A stretch of DNA of 55,471 nt, taken from assembly GCA_964588395.1 (NCBI GenBank), contig CAZPPF010000003.1, positions 1-55,471 of the forward strand, read 5' to 3'. Made by a program: the position numbers and the translations under genes. Below the pieces are notes generated by a model, which saw only the letters and a list, made by a program, of their open reading frames with translations, was not told where the DNA came from and made no database searches. Position 1 is the stretch's first letter. Each line of letters starts with the position of its first letter. Origin of the DNA: an uncultured Candidatus Saccharibacteria bacterium (GTDB taxonomy: Bacteria; Patescibacteriota; Saccharimonadia; Saccharimonadales; CAZPPF01). Below are positions 42,578-51,334 of this stretch, one piece after another.

Positions 42578-43060
42578 GTGTCAGAACAAAAATCACCTGA
42601 AATCCCGCGCTTTCAACGGGCCAACACCAAAAGCTTGACGCTCGAAACGCTTGTAAGTGCATACTTTGCACCCGATCCAGAAGAGGGCCAAACGTATATT
42701 GATTACATTGATAACGTAGGCGCAGAGCGTATACGGTTTGCTTCCGATGAAGTAACTGCAACTATATGGCGTCCCGGGCTGGATATGGATAACCCTGGTG
42801 TTTGGCAGTGCCCTTGGGACGAGGAACAGGGGCTGCGGATGCGTATCTTTATGCAGGGTAATCTAGGTACTTTTACATTTAACGGGCTGCAAACCGATAG
42901 TATAGAAGTAGATATGGCAGAAGATGGGGAACTACGCCCCATATTTGATGATCCGCGTGGAGTCCAAGTTGGACATGCTGTAACCGAGGCCGATATATTA
43001 AGATTGATTACCAATGGTGTGGAACTTGTTGAGCCCAATCAAGCCCAAAACAGTGGGTAG
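42578..43060 (+). CDS. Hypothetical acidic protein (160 aa) between the two sigma paralogs
   Basis: GTG at 42578 lies 6 nt after TATAAT (42566-42571). The ORF-track start at 42491 overlaps the end of the sigma gene. No recognisable domain. Confidence 0.5.
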   Translation: MSEQKSPEIPRFQRANTKSLTLETLVSAYFAPDPEEGQTYIDYIDNVGAERIRFASDEVTATIWRPGLDMDNPGVWQCPWDEEQGLRMRIFMQGNLGTFTFNGLQTDSIEVDMAEDGELRPIFDDPRGVQVGHAVTEADILRLITNGVELVEPNQAQNSG

Positions 43061-43122
43061 GTAGATTTAATACCCCTCTTATGCTTGCAAACCGCTCAAC
43101 AGGTTGCCAAACTATATAAACA

Positions 43123-44241
43123 GTGGAACAAACCCAAGAAGCTATCTATACCGAGACCGACCCTTCTTATAACATAGATGTTACAGAAGATATTCTAGCT
43201 GTTCAGGGCGTGACGAGCAGGGTGCGAGTTAGAGGAGAACAGGTTATTGAGCTTGATGACAAACAGCTTGCAATAGAAGTGGCAAGAATCGGTGAGCGGA
43301 TCAACGAGTTGCGACTAAACAGCCGTCGTTCTGGTGCCTCGGAAGACATTGCTCACCTATATATGGATGATCTAGGCCGTAAAGCGCTACTTACGAAGGA
43401 CGATGAGCGCGTCTTGGGTCAAGCGGTCGAGCGTGGGCTGGGAGCTAAAGAACAACTCCTAGAAATTAAACAAAAAAAGAGTGATGTCCCGATTTCTCGG
43501 CGTAGGGAGCTAGGACAACAACTTACCACTGGAAATGAAGCTACCAAAATTTTTATCGAAACCAACTTACGTTTGGTCGTTTCTATAGCCAAGAGGTATC
43601 AAGCTTCAGGAATGCCGTTCCTTGATCTCGTACAGGAAGGCAACATAGGCCTTATGCATGCTGTCGAAAAATTTGATTGGCGCAGAGGGTTTAAATTTAG
43701 CACCTATTCTACGTGGTGGATTAAACAATCAATTACTCGCGGGATTGCTTATCAATCAAGAACTATTCGTCTGCCCGTTCATCGAGCCGAAGCTGTTAAT
43801 CAGCTTCAACAGGTCCAGCTACGTCTACATAGTGAACTACAACATGAGCCAACTATAACTGAACTTGCGAAGGAGATGGAGCGCGAAGAGGACGATATAA
43901 TAACGCTGATACGTGATAATTATGGACCAGCATCACTTCAAGCCCCCGTTGGGGACAATGACACTGAACTGGGTGACATTCTAGAAGATAAAAATCATTT
44001 GGGTGATCCAGAAGAAGCGGTACAACGTCTCGCAGAAATAGAGGCAATTACAGATATCGTGGACACACTGCCTGATACTCCAAAGCAGGTCATTGCCTTA
44101 TATCATGGGCTAGATGGTGGTGGTGGCCGAAATTTTGCTGAAATAGCCGGGCACCTGGGTTTTACCGAAAATAGAACGCGCTCAATTTATGGTCGAGCTA
44201 TGGAACAACTTCGTATTTCGGCTGGTTTTCTTAGAGAGTAG
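43123..44241 (+). CDS. Sigma-70 family factor, RpoD-like paralog 3 with a divergent region 4.2
   Basis: [61 protein letters not shown]. Region 4 reads FAEIAGHLGFTENRTRSIYGRAMEQL. GTG start. Confidence 0.85.
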   Translation: MEQTQEAIYTETDPSYNIDVTEDILAVQGVTSRVRVRGEQVIELDDKQLAIEVARIGERINELRLNSRRSGASEDIAHLYMDDLGRKALLTKDDERVLGQAVERGLGAKEQLLEIKQKKSDVPISRRRELGQQLTTGNEATKIFIETNLRLVVSIAKRYQASGMPFLDLVQEGNIGLMHAVEKFDWRRGFKFSTYSTWWIKQSITRGIAYQSRTIRLPVHRAEAVNQLQQVQLRLHSELQHEPTITELAKEMEREEDDIITLIRDNYGPASLQAPVGDNDTELGDILEDKNHLGDPEEAVQRLAEIEAITDIVDTLPDTPKQVIALYHGLDGGGGRNFAEIAGHLGFTENRTRSIYGRAMEQLRISAGFLRE

Positions 44242-44270
44242 ACTACGATCTTTGGAGCCACTGATATACT

Positions 44271-46928
44271 ATGACTATGGCGGAAACAGGGATCAAGCGC
44301 AAAAAACTGGCAATTATTGACGGTAAGTCAGTGTTTTATCGTGGCTACTACGCTATGCCCAATTTGAGTACAAAAGATGGTACACCAACAGGCGGAGTCT
44401 ATGGTTTTGCGGTTTTAGGTCTCGAGCTCATTAAGAAATTTAAGCCAGATTATGTCTGCGTAGCTTGGGATAAGCCCAAGACGAACATCCGCTCACGTTT
44501 GGCACTCTATCCACAGTACAAAGCCGGTCGCAAAGCTGCACCACCAGACTTTTACGAGCAAATTCCGGTGCTCCATGAGCTTCTCGATGCTTTTGGCTGG
44601 CCGCTGTATGAACTGGACGATTACGAAGCAGATGACATCATGGGCGCACTTGCCGAACAGGCCCGCAAAAAGGATATTGAAACACTGCTTATTACCAGCG
44701 ACCTTGATGTATTACAGCTTGTGAATGGTCACGTGCACGCCTATGCGCTCAAGAAAGGTTTTTCTAACATTGAAAAATTCAATGAAGAAAGTTTCAAGGC
44801 TAAATACGGCATTGATGTTCACCAATTTATTGACCTTAAGGCATTAAAGGGTGACTCCTCCGATAATATTCCAGGTGTGCCCGGTATTGGTGAAAAAGGA
44901 GCAGTGGAGCTGCTGCACCAATTCAAAACACTCGATGGTATTTACGAAAACCTGGATCTCATAAAAGATTCTTTGCGCAAAAAGCTCGAGGCAGGCAAAG
45001 ACATGGCTTATTTGAGTAAAAAATTAGTCACGCTTATGACCGACGCACCCATTAAACTTGACCTGAAAGAAGTAGATGGCAGCAAAGCTGACCCTCAGCG
45101 GATACACGACATGCTACAAAAACTGGAGTTTAGAACCCTAGCTCGGCAGCTGCCAGATATTATGAAGCTTGAAGAGGCCCATATTACAGCGCCAACTACA
45201 GTAAAAGTGACTGCTGGTACGAATACGATTATCGATACCGCTGATAAGCTCGATGCACTCAAGCTCGAAAGCACACAGCTCGTACTGTACTCGCGCAGTG
45301 CAGGCAAGCATGGTCGAAATCCACAAGTTTTGGGTATTAGCAACGATCCTAAAACCACCTATACACTTGATCTGACCAAGCTCCAGACACCACATGTCGC
45401 TAAAGTCCTAAGTCCCATAATGAAAGATGCCCACGTAATAGGACATGATATCAAATCCACGCTTAAAGTATTGCTGGAGCTCAAAGTGCCTTTGCCGGTC
45501 GTTGATCATGATATCGAAATTGGCTCTTTTTTGCTTAATCCACTTAGGCGTGAGCGTAGCTTAACTGAACTCGCCCAGGCTGATTTAGGTTACGAGGGTA
45601 GTAGTTTCGAGGATCTAACACCCGAAGAACTTACGCACCATATGCCCGATATAATGGGGGTCATTCGAACGCTGGAAGGGTTACAGAGTGAGCAAATGAG
45701 CGAATTAACGGGGCTGATTAAGGTTGCTCAAGACATTGAATGGCCGGTTATTCCGGTGCTGGCTCGCATGGAATATATCGGGATCGAGCTTGATACGGCA
45801 TACCTAAACGAAATGTCAGACCGTGTCGGCGATATGGTAAGCGACTATGAACAACAAATTTATGGCTTTGCGGACCAAGAATTTAATATTGGCAGCCCCG
45901 CGCAACTGGCTGATATTTTATTCAACAAGCTTAAACTGCCGACCCAAGGTATTAAAAAGGGCAAAACGGGGTATTCTACAGCTGCGAGCGAGCTCGATAA
46001 ACTTCGTCCGGTCCACCCCATTATTGACCTCATTACGCAGTACCGCGAAGTTACCAAGCTCAAGAACACTTACATTGATACGTTGCCGAAAATGGTGGAT
46101 GAAAACTCACGCCTGCATACCACCTTTGCTATGACAGTAGCTCAAACAGGGCGCTTAAGTTCCAATGATCCAAACTTGCAAAACATACCGGTTCGTACTG
46201 ATCTGGGCAGGGAGATTCGCACCGCCTTTGTAGCTGCACCAGAGCACGTTTTGGTAAGTGCTGACTATAGTCAGTTTGAGCTCCGCATTGCTGCCTATCT
46301 GTGTGGTGATAAAGACCTGATTGACCAGTTCAACCGAGACGTTGATGTTCACACGGCAACGGCTGCCGAAGTCTATGGTCGTGAGCCTGAAGATGTCACC
46401 AAAAACATGCGGCGCGAAGCTAAGGTGGTGAACTTTGGCATTATGTACGGATTGAGTACCCATGGTTTGGTAGCAGCAACCGGCATGACTTACGAAGCCG
46501 CCAAGCAATTTATTGATAAATACTTTGAAGTTCGACCAAAATTGCTGGCTTATATCGAATCAGTCAAAAAACAAGCGCACGACAAAGGCTATGTCGAAAC
46601 GTTGTATGGTCGCCGACGTCCTACGCCAGATGTTAAATCATCTAACTTTGTGGTCCGTGAAGCGGCTATTCGCCAAGCGGTAAACATGCCATTCCAAGGC
46701 ACTGCAGCTGACATTATGAAAATGGCCATGGTTGCAGTAGATAAGAAACTCCAAGACACCGATTGCAAAATACTGTTGCAAATTCATGACAGCATATTGG
46801 TGGAGTGCCCAAAGAGCGGAGCAGAGAAAACCGCCCAACTACTCAAAGACACCATGGAAAATGTGGTCAAACTATCTGTGCACTTAACAGTAGATACTGC
46901 TATTGGCAAAAACTGGGGCGAACTGTAG
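44271..46928 (+). CDS. polA: DNA polymerase I
   Basis: 5'-nuclease N-terminus (LAIIDGKSVFYRGYYA...GDSSDNIPGVPGIGEK). Pol domain motifs SADYSQFELRIAA, RREAKVVNFGIMYG and QIHDSILVE. Confidence 0.95.
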   Translation: MTMAETGIKRKKLAIIDGKSVFYRGYYAMPNLSTKDGTPTGGVYGFAVLGLELIKKFKPDYVCVAWDKPKTNIRSRLALYPQYKAGRKAAPPDFYEQIPVLHELLDAFGWPLYELDDYEADDIMGALAEQARKKDIETLLITSDLDVLQLVNGHVHAYALKKGFSNIEKFNEESFKAKYGIDVHQFIDLKALKGDSSDNIPGVPGIGEKGAVELLHQFKTLDGIYENLDLIKDSLRKKLEAGKDMAYLSKKLVTLMTDAPIKLDLKEVDGSKADPQRIHDMLQKLEFRTLARQLPDIMKLEEAHITAPTTVKVTAGTNTIIDTADKLDALKLESTQLVLYSRSAGKHGRNPQVLGISNDPKTTYTLDLTKLQTPHVAKVLSPIMKDAHVIGHDIKSTLKVLLELKVPLPVVDHDIEIGSFLLNPLRRERSLTELAQADLGYEGSSFEDLTPEELTHHMPDIMGVIRTLEGLQSEQMSELTGLIKVAQDIEWPVIPVLARMEYIGIELDTAYLNEMSDRVGDMVSDYEQQIYGFADQEFNIGSPAQLADILFNKLKLPTQGIKKGKTGYSTAASELDKLRPVHPIIDLITQYREVTKLKNTYIDTLPKMVDENSRLHTTFAMTVAQTGRLSSNDPNLQNIPVRTDLGREIRTAFVAAPEHVLVSADYSQFELRIAAYLCGDKDLIDQFNRDVDVHTATAAEVYGREPEDVTKNMRREAKVVNFGIMYGLSTHGLVAATGMTYEAAKQFIDKYFEVRPKLLAYIESVKKQAHDKGYVETLYGRRRPTPDVKSSNFVVREAAIRQAVNMPFQGTAADIMKMAMVAVDKKLQDTDCKILLQIHDSILVECPKSGAEKTAQLLKDTMENVVKLSVHLTVDTAIGKNWGEL

Positions 46929-47539
46929 TGGTAGATTGGCGACAAGAAACGGTTGATACGTACAATAAATCCGCCAAAGAGCTCGCAGACTATTTTCGTG
47001 GGATCGGTTCACGCGTAGAAGACGTTGAGGAAGCATTTAGACTGGCAGGCAACCCAAATAGTGCAAACGCTTTAGAAATTGGTTGTGGAGATGGCCGAGA
47101 TGCCAAAGAAATTATCAAAAGGACCCCAAACTACACCGGTTTTGATATCTCTAGTGAACTCATAAAATTAGCTCAAAAACATGTACCAAATGCCAGATTT
47201 GAAGTAGCAGACTTAGCAAACTACGCATTTCCTCAAGATTTGGATATTGTTTTTGCATTTGCCTCACTACTTCACTCAGATAAAACAGAAGTAAAGAATG
47301 TTTTAGCCAAAGTGTACCAAGCGTTAAATATTGGCGGTATCTTCTATATTTCTCTTAAGTACATGCCCGAATACACAAATAGAATCAAAGAAGATAAATA
47401 TGGTCGCCGGAAGTTTTACTTTTATAATCCCCAATTGATGCTTGAACTAGCAGGCGAGAACTTTGAAGTAGTTTTTGGTGATTCGCAAACCCTGGGTCAT
47501 ACAGACTGGTTTACCATAGCTTTTCAGAAAAAAGTCTAG
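46928..47539 (+). CDS. Class I SAM-dependent methyltransferase
   Basis: Motif I ALEIGCGDGRD. The GTG at 46928 overlaps the polA TAG by 1 nt. The longer ORF-track N-terminus lies inside polA. Confidence 0.75.
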   Translation: MVDWRQETVDTYNKSAKELADYFRGIGSRVEDVEEAFRLAGNPNSANALEIGCGDGRDAKEIIKRTPNYTGFDISSELIKLAQKHVPNARFEVADLANYAFPQDLDIVFAFASLLHSDKTEVKNVLAKVYQALNIGGIFYISLKYMPEYTNRIKEDKYGRRKFYFYNPQLMLELAGENFEVVFGDSQTLGHTDWFTIAFQKKV

Positions 47540-47581
47540 GCCATTGAAAATAGTGCACAATATGGTATTATATATCTGATT

Positions 47582-48148
47582 ATGCGATATATTACGGGAA
47601 TTGTAGCGGTCATTTTGCTCATCTTTTTGGGCATTATTCTGTTTCGGGCCCCCGCAAAACCCAAGCAACCAGCTGTTGCTGGCAAGAGTCTACCGGACTA
47701 CTCAAACACCGATGCGCAGGTACGCTTGACCTTAGACGGTATCATAAACGGCGAAGAACAGCACCGTGTTATAAAGATCACCATCGGCAAGGATCAGCGC
47801 AGCATTGATATTGTTCAAGGCTATCAAAACCGCCTCATTAACACACAAGTATATGACAATAATGAATCTGCTTATTTTGCGTTTTTAAGCGCCTTAAATA
47901 TTCAGGGCTACACTAAAGAGCGCAAAACTCTGAATAACAACATAAGTGGGCAATGCCCACTGGGCAGTCGCTATAGCTACGAGCTGATCAATGCCGGCGA
48001 CGCTGATTTTAGCCGTTGGAATACCAGTTGTGGGTCAGGCCTTGGTACCTTTGGCAGTACAACCCCGGCAGTTATTCGAACTTTATTTGAACGCCAAATA
48101 CCTGACTACAACAACCTAACCAAAAACGTTCAGGGAATCGCTAACTAG
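47582..48148 (+). CDS. Hypothetical secreted or membrane-anchored protein
   Basis: 188-aa ORF with an N-terminal TM (ITGIVAVILLIFLGIILF). No domain recognised. Confidence 0.55.
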   Translation: MRYITGIVAVILLIFLGIILFRAPAKPKQPAVAGKSLPDYSNTDAQVRLTLDGIINGEEQHRVIKITIGKDQRSIDIVQGYQNRLINTQVYDNNESAYFAFLSALNIQGYTKERKTLNNNISGQCPLGSRYSYELINAGDADFSRWNTSCGSGLGTFGSTTPAVIRTLFERQIPDYNNLTKNVQGIAN

Positions 48149-49055
48149 CGATAGCCTGTCGGCTTTTCTCCCTTTTCGCTATCTTGAGCAACTTATCGAC
48201 ACGTATATCTAAATCTTCTCTGGCCTGTTCGGCGAAAGGCTCTAAGCCTTCCAGTTCATGTAATCTCCAATGCTTGTTCACGACTGGCGCGACAACACTT
48301 TCCCCATGTATGCCGAGCGTATATATGCCAACACGCCCAATTTCACGAGCAAGCTTTTTATAGTCTGTTACGCCCGTGCCTGGCATCTCAAAAGTCCTAA
48401 CTTGTCTTTCAATTGCAGCAACCATACTAGACGGATCAACTTTGAGTGCTGCAGACACCAAGTCGCGATAAAACAAATGATGAAGGTTTTCATCAGCGGC
48501 AACGCGACTCATAATTGCTTCGCCCTCTGGATCATTCAAAAGTTTACCCGTGTTTCGGTGCGATATACGGGTAGCCAGCTCCTGGAGGGCTACATAAACG
48601 ATACCGTCTGCAATACTTTCAGGATCAGGAACTACCCCGGAGCTTACTTGTTTCATGCGAGCACGTTCAAGCGCGCGCATATCTACTGATTTAGTGACCG
48701 CTAAATAATCTCGTATAACAATTGCATGACGGCCTTCTTCGGCAGTCCAGCGACGGTTCCATTCGCCCCAAACATCATCATTGCCAAACTTGCCAGAGAT
48801 TTGTCGATAGTAGTGGGGAAGATTGTCTTCGGTTATCAAGTTTAAAAATAATGCAGCACGTACGCCGTCCTCGAGAGGAAATAGGTCGGGGTCAAATGCC
48901 TCTCCTTTTTCGTAATCTTTGCCACGACTCCATGGTACCAGTTCAGTTGGAAACCACTCTTTCGCAGTGCCCATGTGCCGTTCATATAACTTTTCTGCTG
49001 TTGGTTCTAATGCAGTTAGAAGTTCTGTATCGGTTAGGGGTGTATACTCGCTCAT
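48141..49055 (-). CDS. Soluble acyl-ACP desaturase family protein (DesA-like di-iron enzyme)
   Basis: WTAEEGRHAIVIRDYL and VAADENLHHLFYRDL are the two ExxH di-iron motifs of the stearoyl-ACP desaturase family. Confidence 0.85.
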   Translation of the reverse strand: MSEYTPLTDTELLTALEPTAEKLYERHMGTAKEWFPTELVPWSRGKDYEKGEAFDPDLFPLEDGVRAALFLNLITEDNLPHYYRQISGKFGNDDVWGEWNRRWTAEEGRHAIVIRDYLAVTKSVDMRALERARMKQVSSGVVPDPESIADGIVYVALQELATRISHRNTGKLLNDPEGEAIMSRVAADENLHHLFYRDLVSAALKVDPSSMVAAIERQVRTFEMPGTGVTDYKKLAREIGRVGIYTLGIHGESVVAPVVNKHWRLHELEGLEPFAEQAREDLDIRVDKLLKIAKREKSRQAIAS

Positions 49056-49108
49056 GTAGGTTCTATCATACAGTTTTTCTGATACATCTCAACTGGTATA
49101 GTACGGGT

Positions 49109-49678
49109 GTGATAAAAGCTGTTATTTTTGATTGTTTTGGGGTGCTAACGGGTGACAAATGGAAAGAGTTTGTGGCTACGCTGCCAGAAGAGCAGAGAGA
49201 GACAGCTCGAAACCTAATGCGGCAACTTGATAGTGGCATGGTAGACCCAAAAGTTTTTTATAAGCAAGTGTTTGAACTAACTGGTCACGCACCGGCCAGA
49301 GTCGAAGACATTATTAATGTAGAGATGCATAAGAATAGTCCGCTGCTTGACTATATCCACCATCTGAAGAAGCATTATAAGACTGGGCTTTTAAGTAATA
49401 TATCAACCAATTGGATACGTGACACGTTTCTGACCAGGCATGAGGTTGCGCTCTTTGACGACATTCTGTTGTCTTATGAAGTTGGTACCGTCAAACCTGA
49501 TCCGCGCATCTTTGAGCTTGCGGCTGGTCGTATTGGTGAAGCTCCTGAAGATTGTGTGTTCGTTGACGACAGTATAGGCAATTGCCAGGGGGCAGAAGCA
49601 GTGGGCATGCAAGCAATTTTGTATCAAAATTTTGTGCAAATGAAGGCAGAATTAGAAAAAATTCTGAAGAGGGGTTGA
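49109..49678 (+). CDS. HAD-superfamily hydrolase
   Basis: VIFDCFGVL (motif I), LLSN (II), KPDPRIF and VFVDDSIGN (IV). GTG at 49109 lies 6 nt after TATAGT (49097-49102). The upstream part of the ORF-track entry is antisense to the desaturase. Confidence 0.8.
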   Translation: MIKAVIFDCFGVLTGDKWKEFVATLPEEQRETARNLMRQLDSGMVDPKVFYKQVFELTGHAPARVEDIINVEMHKNSPLLDYIHHLKKHYKTGLLSNISTNWIRDTFLTRHEVALFDDILLSYEVGTVKPDPRIFELAAGRIGEAPEDCVFVDDSIGNCQGAEAVGMQAILYQNFVQMKAELEKILKRG

Positions 49679-49735
49679 CCTTAAGCGTTATAATAGATGC
49701 TAGGTTATTAACATAAACAAAAAAAGGAAAATCTC

Positions 49736-49942
49736 GTGGCAATGCTAGAAATTTTCGAAAACGACAAACGTACCAAAATGTTTGTGGGTGGGGTTATTAG
49801 TCCTGAAGTATTCCATAAGGAAGCCATAGAAGCCGGGCATCCGACAGAGGAGCTTAGGCCAATCGGTGAGGTGGCTCTAAAAGGAGCCGAACACGAGTCC
49901 ACAGAAATCCAAGACGCTTATTCGGCAGGAGGAGAATTGTAA
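49736..49942 (+). CDS. Hypothetical small acidic protein (68 aa)
   Basis: GTG/ATG start after AGGAAA. Its stop overlaps the next ATG (TAATG). No domain recognised. Confidence 0.45.
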   Translation: MAMLEIFENDKRTKMFVGGVISPEVFHKEAIEAGHPTEELRPIGEVALKGAEHESTEIQDAYSAGGEL

Positions 49943-50202
49943 TGTCTCTGGAGACAGAACTGCCCACGGAAGATCTCAGGGATCTTGAAGGAGCAGAATT
50001 CCACCCCATGATTACCTCTTCAGGGGAACTCATGAGTCCTGAAATAGTTAATCTTAGTACGATGACGCTTGTGGGTAGGGTGGCAACTATGAAGCGAACA
50101 GGAGAGCTCGACTCTCAGCCCCATGATCCAACGGTAGTACAAGAAATAATTGAGTACGCACACGAGGCTTCTGATCCTGCTTACTGGCTCACGGGTGTTT
50201 AA
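49942..50202 (+). CDS. Hypothetical small acidic protein (86 aa), translationally coupled to the previous ORF
   Basis: GGAGGAG SD lies inside the upstream ORF, with a TAATG overlap. No domain recognised. Confidence 0.45.
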   Translation: MSLETELPTEDLRDLEGAEFHPMITSSGELMSPEIVNLSTMTLVGRVATMKRTGELDSQPHDPTVVQEIIEYAHEASDPAYWLTGV

Positions 50203-50438
50203 GAGCCTATCCGAATAACGAATTTTTTATCTGTTTGGCACACTTGAGTTAACTCATAGCGATGTAATTGAAGTGTGCCCGCCAGCGCAGCGCTTGAGGC
50301 AGCAACGATAATTTGCTTGTCTTGGACTGTCACTGCCACCTTGGAATTAAACTTCTTGAGTACATAATCTTTAATAACTTTACTTTCCGGAGGCTCTTCG
50401 AAATCCTTTTTGGCTAAAATATCGGCAATAGAACTCAT
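50199..50438 (-). CDS. DUF721-like small protein
   Basis: 79 aa. ...VAVTVQDKQIIVAASSAALAGTLQLHRYEL... resembles the DUF721 core pattern (L.v.v.ssa.a.eL). The assignment is weak. Confidence 0.45.
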   Translation of the reverse strand: MSSIADILAKKDFEEPPESKVIKDYVLKKFNSKVAVTVQDKQIIVAASSAALAGTLQLHRYELTQVCQTDKKFVIRIGS

Positions 50439-50461
50439 GTAATCAGTATAATATATAGACT

Positions 50462-51334
50462 ATGCCGGAGTTACCAGAGGTTGAGACAGTTCGAATTGGG
50501 CTGAGCACATTGCTCATTGGCAATGTAATTACGGGGGTAGAGTTTGATACGCCCAAAAGCTTTCCCAACGCATCAGCGGATGTAAACAAGTTTTTAATTG
50601 GTGCAAAAGTAGTTACCATTGCTCGCCGTGGCAAAGCACTTTTGATTGAACTCAGTACAAAATACAGTTTAGTCGTGCATCTAAAGATGACCGGACAATT
50701 GGTATATGTGGGTAAAGAACGGTTTGGAGCGGGGCATCCAACTAGTAGTTTAGTTGGACAATTGCCAGATAAATCGACCCGCGTGACACTCAAACTAGAT
50801 AACGGTGCACAGCTGTTTTATAACGACCAACGCAAGTTTGGCTGGATGCGGCTCATTCCAACTGCGGAGGTGCCTAATATTGATTTCTTTAAAAAGCTTG
50901 GTCCTGAGCCTTTGGCAGCGGACTTTTCTGCCAAAGATTTTGCTGTTCGCTTGAAGAAGCGCCCGAATACTAATATCAAGGCAGCGTTGCTCGATCAAAC
51001 GGTCATTGCGGGTGTGGGTAATATTTATGCTGATGAAAGTTTGTGGGGTGCCAAAATCCATCCCAAGACGCTCGTCAAAAACCTTTCCATGCAGAAATTG
51101 AACAAACTTTTTGATGAGCTTGTGTACGTTTTGAAACTGAGCATTGAAAAGGGCGGCTCAACAGATAAGAATTATGTAAACGCCGAGGGCAAAAAGGGGA
51201 GCTACCTAAGCTTCGCTCGCGTTTTTCGACGCGAAGGCAAACCGTGTCCGCTTTGCGGCACAATTATTATAAAAACCCGGGTAGCTGGCCGCGGAACCCA
51301 TCTTTGTCCATTCTGCCAAAAGGAGTCCAAATGA
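50462..51334 (+). CDS. mutM: Formamidopyrimidine-DNA glycosylase
   Basis: MPELPEVETV N-terminus, H2TH region and C-terminal zinc finger CPLCGTIIIKTRVAGRGTHLCPFCQ. Confidence 0.9.
   Translation: MPELPEVETVRIGLSTLLIGNVITGVEFDTPKSFPNASADVNKFLIGAKVVTIARRGKALLIELSTKYSLVVHLKMTGQLVYVGKERFGAGHPTSSLVGQLPDKSTRVTLKLDNGAQLFYNDQRKFGWMRLIPTAEVPNIDFFKKLGPEPLAADFSAKDFAVRLKKRPNTNIKAALLDQTVIAGVGNIYADESLWGAKIHPKTLVKNLSMQKLNKLFDELVYVLKLSIEKGGSTDKNYVNAEGKKGSYLSFARVFRREGKPCPLCGTIIIKTRVAGRGTHLCPFCQKESK

Noticed and set aside
46805-46927. N-terminal 41 codons of the methyltransferase ORF as listed in the track
   Set aside because: This part lies entirely inside polA in another frame. A GTG overlapping the polA stop gives a normal-length class I methyltransferase with motif I about 50 aa from the start.
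48722-49108. N-terminal 129 codons of ORF 48722-49678
   Set aside because: It is antisense to the well-supported desaturase gene. The HAD domain begins at the GTG at 49109, right after a TATAGT box.
50462-51334. Alternative genetic code (UGA recoded, as in some CPR lineages)
   Set aside because: mutM and groEL both terminate at TGA at their expected full lengths, and no well-conserved gene contains an in-frame TGA. Standard code 11 fits.
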